From a virus (Duplodnaviria; Caudoviricetes): a stretch of 31,208 nucleotides of DNA. Made by a program: the position numbers and the translations under genes. The stretch is taken from positions 1 through 31,208 of the IMG/VR virus record IMGVR_UViG_3300031673_000318; one strand, given 5' to 3'. The notes under the pieces are model-generated. The model was not told where the DNA came from. It was given only the letters and a program-made list of their open reading frames with translations, and made no database searches. This document shows positions 26,361 to 31,208 of the stretch, piece after piece; the stretch's first letter is position 1; each line of letters begins with the position of its first letter.

Positions 26361-26993
26361 ATGATCAAAGTCCAGAACATCTCGCCGTATAAAATCGGTA
26401 TTTCTTCGAGTTACGTAGGCACGCAGGGACGCCCATTATACATAGGGCTGGAACCGTCGCTGCACATGCAGATGACCCAAGAGGAGCTCAAAAAGTGGGG
26501 TAACGGTGCTAAAGCGGACCTTGCCAGCTACGTGCAACGCGGACAGCTACTCGTGACTACGATGACAGCGGTGCACGTAGTAGACGACCTTGGCAATGTT
26601 CCAGCACCATTTGGGGCGTTCGATCTCCAATCTGCTTACGACACAGCAGACGACCTGAGAAATGTGTACAACACACACCTGCTGAGCTTGGCTGTACATG
26701 GCGCACAAGATCTTGCAAACCCGGAGACGCTGGCTAAACCAGTCTCTCTAGCGTTACTCACCGCATTTATAACGTCGTTTCAGGGCAACTACACAGCGCA
26801 CATTGCACTGGGTGCAGCAACGCACACAGTTGCGGACAGCTGGAATCCGCTAGTTCCTGCACCAGTCGGTACGTTGGACCAAAACATAGCGGCGCTTCGT
26901 GAGCTCTACGGAAGGTTTTCTGGGCACAAAAAACAAAGTAACCCAGCAGGAACAACCACCCTCAACCCAAACGACATCATAACTTACGTCTGA
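26361..26993 (+). CDS. Hypothetical virion protein, paralog B with His/Asp repeats
   Basis: SD GGAG; 210 aa; tandem paralog of 25713-26345. Confidence 0.8.
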   Translation: MIKVQNISPYKIGISSSYVGTQGRPLYIGLEPSLHMQMTQEELKKWGNGAKADLASYVQRGQLLVTTMTAVHVVDDLGNVPAPFGAFDLQSAYDTADDLRNVYNTHLLSLAVHGAQDLANPETLAKPVSLALLTAFITSFQGNYTAHIALGAATHTVADSWNPLVPAPVGTLDQNIAALRELYGRFSGHKKQSNPAGTTTLNPNDIITYV

Positions 26994-27024
26994 ATTGTAA
27001 AATATATTACGGAGAATTACTACC

Positions 27025-27552
27025 ATGTCTGATTCCAACCTCATAGTACCGGACTTCCGCGTGCTTGGGTGCGACCCTGGGAAAGTCAATTTCGCCTGGG
27101 CTGTGTATGGAGATGATGGTCTCGAGGAGACCGAAGTAATAGAAGGTGCTGAAACTGTTGACAGACTGGACGCAGTAGCGGCATTCTTTGAGCGCGTTGT
27201 ACGGTATACAGAACCCGACATTTGCTGCATCGAACGCTTTCACCAACGACCAGGACCCGGATCTATAAAGAACATGGAGATGGTAAACCTGATGATCGGG
27301 CAGTGCCGGATGATCTGCAGGTTCCACCATGTCCCCTGTGAGCTCGTCACAGCCTCCGAGCACAAAGCGTGGCTGTCGAGAAACTTCGAGGTGGGGTATT
27401 CCACCAAGAAGACAAAGGGAAAAGTTAAGAAAAAGTTCGACATTACAACGTATAGTGAATGGCAAGGCATTCCTACCGAGCATGAGGTTGACGCGGCAAA
27501 TGTCGCCAAGTACGCACACGATCACAAGCTAGCCCACCTCAGGGCTACATAG
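27025..27552 (+). CDS. ruvC: RuvC-like Holliday junction resolvase
   Basis: VLGCDPGKVNFAWAV, CCIERF, HEVDAA catalytic motifs; SD GGAG. Confidence 0.85.
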   Translation: MSDSNLIVPDFRVLGCDPGKVNFAWAVYGDDGLEETEVIEGAETVDRLDAVAAFFERVVRYTEPDICCIERFHQRPGPGSIKNMEMVNLMIGQCRMICRFHHVPCELVTASEHKAWLSRNFEVGYSTKKTKGKVKKKFDITTYSEWQGIPTEHEVDAANVAKYAHDHKLAHLRAT

Positions 27553-27567
27553 AAAGAGGGAAACCAA

Positions 27568-28176
27568 ATGGGCCAAAACATGAAAAGATTCCGTCGTGGA
27601 GAAATCTCACGAGTCAACCCGCAAAAAGGCGTGCACACGGACGTACACTTTGGCGCTCTCCCTGAAAAGTCTCAGGCAGCTGCTGGGGCAAAACCGGATG
27701 CTACTGTGCAGAAGCTTACGGACAAAGTAACCCAACTGCAGACGGAGAACGCCGAGCTCAAAAAGGCGACAGCGGACCTTGACAACCAGCAGAAGGATGG
27801 CCACGTTGAATTGACAGCCAAGCTTGACGCTGTAAAAGCAGAGAATGGCAAGCTGGCGGAAGAACGTGATGAGTTGGAGCGGCAACTACAAGAACGCTCA
27901 GAGCCAGTAACAGGGCTGCGCGTGCTCAGTGTTACCGGAGTGAGTGAAGCCGACAGCATGCTACGCATCGACTGTGAGTTCAAGCCCACCAATGGCCCTC
28001 TGGGCGGTACAGGAGCCATCGTTTTACCGATCTCCGAGGTTGAGAAGCTCACCGTGAAAGACGAGGCTGAAGAAGACACGGCTGAGGAAGACGAGGAGGA
28101 AGCGTGGGGGGAAGACGCCGACGCTGAAGGAGACGAAGCCGAGGAAGACGAGGAGGAAGATGACGTTAAAGGATGA
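27568..28176 (+). CDS. Hypothetical coiled-coil protein with highly acidic C-terminal tail
   Basis: Heptad region (VQKLTDKVTQLQTENAELKK...LERQLQE), a small beta domain and a ~38 aa D/E tail containing AWG. Confidence 0.8.
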   Translation: MGQNMKRFRRGEISRVNPQKGVHTDVHFGALPEKSQAAAGAKPDATVQKLTDKVTQLQTENAELKKATADLDNQQKDGHVELTAKLDAVKAENGKLAEERDELERQLQERSEPVTGLRVLSVTGVSEADSMLRIDCEFKPTNGPLGGTGAIVLPISEVEKLTVKDEAEEDTAEEDEEEAWGEDADAEGDEAEEDEEEDDVKG

Positions 28177-28348
28177 TCCCCAAGAACGTGAAGCGGTCAA
28201 ACAACCCACACCAGGTAGGAGAATCTCTCCACCAAACTGCTGCCCCAAATGCAGCGGACCGCTGAAACGGAACATGTTCCGCACTGGATCGACAAACCAC
28301 CCTGGAAGAGACATGCTTGTCTGTTCCCGATGCGGCTGCAAGCAGTAG
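28160..28348 (+). CDS. Small zinc-ribbon protein
   Basis: CPKC...CSRC; GAGGAGG precedes the ATG; overlaps the upstream stop by 17 nt. Confidence 0.6.
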   Translation: MTLKDDPQEREAVKQPTPGRRISPPNCCPKCSGPLKRNMFRTGSTNHPGRDMLVCSRCGCKQ

Positions 28349-28353
28349 CCAAA

Positions 28354-28376
28354 AAACCCACCCTCATCTTGTAAAA
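28354..28376 (+). promoter_or_regulatory. Candidate phage promoter AAAC-N10-CTTGTAAAA upstream of nrdJ
   Basis: Intergenic; same spacing and C-rich spacer as 16714-16736. Confidence 0.55.
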
Positions 28377-28525
28377 CTGTTCTAAGGGGATGCCAAGCCG
28401 ACGTTGGCTTGTCCGCTCCGCCTCCCTCGTGCGACGCGCACTCCTACATGGGGTACCGCTGCTCACAACCAGCATGAGGAGGAAATGGTGCAACTAGCCG
28501 GAATCTATGACAAAGAGGACAGTAA

Positions 28526-31208
28526 ATGCCATCATCAAAGGACTACCAAGAGAGGATCCTTGCTGACCGATACGCACAGAAGGATACCAATGCAGACGCG
28601 GTAGTTGGAGATAAAGTGGTTGTCTCGATGAAGAGGCGATTTGAGCGTGACGGGGAAGAAATTGAGTCACGCGAACTAGGAGTTGTGACGAAGAAGAACA
28701 GCAGTGCAGGATCCCCCTTGTACAGCGTTAAGCTGATTGACCACACAAAAGACGAAGCTGACTGGGAAACGGTGACCTCACTAGACAGACGTGCGTTTGA
28801 CGTGTTGGTCGAAACCAGCTACGAGGACATCTGTAAACGAGTGTCCTCGGGAGCGGTGGCGCAGGAAAAAGACAACACCCTGTTCCGAGATGCTGTACAC
28901 AAAGCGATGGTGAACCGCGAGTTCGTGCCTGCTGGTCGCATTTTGGCAGGGCTTGGCTGTAAAGATCGTACACTCACCTTTTTCAACTGCTACGTATTCC
29001 CCCCTCCCCACGACAGCCGAGAAGGCATTGCGGACCACTGGAAAAGTTTGTTCAACACGTTCAGCTTGGGTGGCGGTGTAGGCTGGGACAACAGCAGCCA
29101 CCGACCTCGAGGAGAAGTAGTCCGCAAGGTGAACGGCAGAAGTAGCGGTGCTGTCAGCTGGATGGAGCAGTACTCGCAGATCACAGGTGCGGTAGAGCAG
29201 GGAGGATCGCGCAGAGGTGCAAGTTTACAGGGACTGTGGTGCTGGCACCCCGACATCGTCGAGTTCATCCAAGCAAAATCTCTGCGCGAGGAGTTCCTGG
29301 TAAACGGACGTAAAGTCTCTAGAAGCAAACAGCTGCTGAAGAACTCTAACGTGTCCGTGTTGATCTCGGACTCATTCATGGAAGCAGTAGCACGCGACGA
29401 AGACTGGGAGTTGATCTTTCCAGACACGAGCCATCCTTCCTACGACAAAGATTGGGATGGTGACATTACCGCATGGAAACAGGCGGGAAAGCCCATCAAG
29501 GTCTACAAGGTGATAAAAGCTAAGTGGCTTTGGCAGCTGATCATCGACCATGCATGGGCATCAGGAGAGCCTGGTCTCCTTTTTATGGAACGCGCCAACA
29601 AGATGTCAAACAGCTACTACTACGGCAAGCTTAGCTGCACAAATCCATGCGCCGAGCAGGTATTACCTAGCTATGCGGTATGTAATCTTGGTCATCTCAA
29701 CCTAGCGCGCTTTGTGAAAGAGGAGGCTGAGCAACTACCCAAGCAACAGCAGCCATGGAAGAAGGCTACAGAAGCCTTCGACCTCGACAAATTCTATGCG
29801 GTGATTTCTACCGGTGTACGTTTCTTGGACAACGTGACAGACCTGAACACTTACCATATAAAAGAGAATGAAAAGCAACAATGTGGGGAGCGGCGCATTG
29901 GGTTGGGCATCCTTGGCTATGGAGAGTTGCTAGTACGCCTGGGGCTCCGTTACGGATCGGACGATGCAGTTGCGTTCACGGACTGGTTGTTCGACAAGCT
30001 GGCGTATGGCAGCTACAAGGCGTCCATGCTGCTTGCGCGGGAACGCGGACCATTTCCAAAGTTTGTCGCCTCCAAGTACCTCAATTCCGGGTTCATGAAG
30101 ATCTTTGGAGAAGCGCACCCGGAGCTAAAAACGGACATCAGTGAGAACGGTGTACGCAATGTTACGTTGAACACCATTGCACCCACAGGCTCGGTGGGAA
30201 CGATGTTGGGAACTACTACAGGCATAGAACCGTACTTCCTACCTGCGTGGGTGGCAAGAAGTCGCATAGGGTCGGCAGACGAGGAAGCCAACATCCTAAC
30301 TGAGATGAAGAAGAAGTATGGAGAGGAGCTCCCAGACTACTTCGTGACAACCCAGGACATCACGCCTGAGGAGCATGTGCGCACCCAAGCAGCAGCGCAG
30401 CGATGGATCGACGCATCGATCAGCAAGACGATTAATTTACCCAACAACGCAACCCAGGAAGACGTTGCGAGGTCGTACAAGCTCATGTACGACCTCGGGT
30501 GCAAGGGAGGTACTGTCTACCGTGACGGGAGCCGTGACAAGCAGGTTCTCTACACGAAGGACAGTGGCGTTGAAAAGAAGCCACAAGAGGACCACGACGT
30601 TCCGGTTGTGGTGGTGGACGAGTACAAGCAGGGCAACGGGATGGCGGTGCTACGCCCGAAGATCGACTCGGGACTCGCGGTCATCATGAGCAAAGAGACC
30701 CCGGTTGGACGACTGCACGCAGGGCTGCGTTTCCACCACAAAACAGGGAAGCCATACGACCTGTTCCTTGTCAGCGGCAAAGGGGACATCTCCGCAGACG
30801 TGCAGGCTCTGGGAAGGCTCATCTCTGTTATCCTGCGTATGCCTGATGGCGAGGTGATCTCTCAAGAAGCACGTCTGGAAATCATCCGTGACCAGCTGCA
30901 CCGTATCCCAGGACGTGGTCAAGTGGGTTTCGGTCCCGACAAGGTGATGTCGCTGCCAGATGGTATCGCTCAGATACTACACGACTACTTGTCTGGAAAC
31001 TTCCCAATGGCCAACGTACCGATGGGTGAGGACCAGGTTGCGTCGTTCCTCACCCAGGTGGACGGCAACAAAGAAGTAGACCACCAAGAGGTGACCGCTT
31101 GGATCATGAACGAGGACCGTGAGCAGTTCTACAGCGAAGATACAGAAACAGACAACCTGGGGTTCGATTTTGACATCTGCCCAAAGTGTGGAAGCGCCAC
31201 TTACGTTA
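28526..31208 (+). CDS. nrdJ: Class II (adenosylcobalamin-dependent) ribonucleotide reductase, 3' end beyond the window
   Basis: Own translation from ATG at 28526 (SD GAGGA): PAGRILAG, FNCYV, GGGVG, QGGSRRGA, SGEPG, TNPCAEQ, CNLG, RRIGLG, IAPTGS, SISKTIN, TVYRDGSR, then a TSCPD-like domain (MSLPDGIA) and CPKCG. Absent from the ORF track because there is no stop in the window. Confidence 0.93.
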   Translation, partial: MPSSKDYQERILADRYAQKDTNADAVVGDKVVVSMKRRFERDGEEIESRELGVVTKKNSSAGSPLYSVKLIDHTKDEADWETVTSLDRRAFDVLVETSYEDICKRVSSGAVAQEKDNTLFRDAVHKAMVNREFVPAGRILAGLGCKDRTLTFFNCYVFPPPHDSREGIADHWKSLFNTFSLGGGVGWDNSSHRPRGEVVRKVNGRSSGAVSWMEQYSQITGAVEQGGSRRGASLQGLWCWHPDIVEFIQAKSLREEFLVNGRKVSRSKQLLKNSNVSVLISDSFMEAVARDEDWELIFPDTSHPSYDKDWDGDITAWKQAGKPIKVYKVIKAKWLWQLIIDHAWASGEPGLLFMERANKMSNSYYYGKLSCTNPCAEQVLPSYAVCNLGHLNLARFVKEEAEQLPKQQQPWKKATEAFDLDKFYAVISTGVRFLDNVTDLNTYHIKENEKQQCGERRIGLGILGYGELLVRLGLRYGSDDAVAFTDWLFDKLAYGSYKASMLLARERGPFPKFVASKYLNSGFMKIFGEAHPELKTDISENGVRNVTLNTIAPTGSVGTMLGTTTGIEPYFLPAWVARSRIGSADEEANILTEMKKKYGEELPDYFVTTQDITPEEHVRTQAAAQRWIDASISKTINLPNNATQEDVARSYKLMYDLGCKGGTVYRDGSRDKQVLYTKDSGVEKKPQEDHDVPVVVVDEYKQGNGMAVLRPKIDSGLAVIMSKETPVGRLHAGLRFHHKTGKPYDLFLVSGKGDISADVQALGRLISVILRMPDGEVISQEARLEIIRDQLHRIPGRGQVGFGPDKVMSLPDGIAQILHDYLSGNFPMANVPMGEDQVASFLTQVDGNKEVDHQEVTAWIMNEDREQFYSEDTETDNLGFDFDICPKCGSATYV

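Larger units (their letters stand above)
1..31208. mobile_element. Segment of a large (jumbo-type) dsDNA tailed phage genome
   Basis: Phage-type gene set (gp32-like SSB, ATP-dependent ligase, stand-alone primase, solo Cas4-like nuclease, divergent RecA, sigma, DnaX, RuvC, NrdJ) mixed with virion-like hypothetical genes; tight packing; no cellular housekeeping operons. Confidence 0.9.

Noticed and set aside
1-31208. Stop-codon reassignment
   Set aside because: Conserved genes are full length in the standard code, and TAG, TGA and TAA all end genes at sensible boundaries.
28526-31208. Intein or intron in nrdJ, and its N-terminal KOW-like insert as a novelty
   Set aside because: Catalytic motifs including TNPCAEQ are uninterrupted; I recall a similar N-terminal insert in some bacterial NrdJ proteins.

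Overview
The window is a densely coded piece of a large (jumbo-type) tailed bacteriophage genome using the standard genetic code. I saw no rRNA, tRNA, CRISPR array, IS or integrase. A long minus-strand replication/recombination block encodes a sigma-70-like factor, gp32-like SSB, thioredoxin-fold protein, RecA, Dam-like methyltransferase, SbcD, DnaX, SbcC and an ATP-dependent ligase. It is followed by a SWIM protein, a KhpA-like KH protein, a Cas4-like nuclease, primase, probable virion genes, RuvC and a class II ribonucleotide reductase (NrdJ). NrdJ runs off the right edge and is missing from the ORF track. The most striking content is a possible phage chromatin toolkit inside the replication block: a prokaryotic-type histone with a basic N-terminal extension (12461-12709) and an HMGA-like protein with five AT-hooks (3060-3767). 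Other notable signals: (1) RecA and the AT-hook protein end in an identical FDESF written in entirely different codons; (2) the SSB tail has seven acidic WG/GW repeats; (3) a candidate promoter, A-rich 4-mer-N10-CTTGTAAA, recurs before DNA-metabolism genes; (4) a second motif, CTAYATATAGAG, precedes putative virion gene blocks; (5) structured leaders occur at 2979-3064 and upstream of nrdJ. All family calls are motif recognition by eye; no searches were run.
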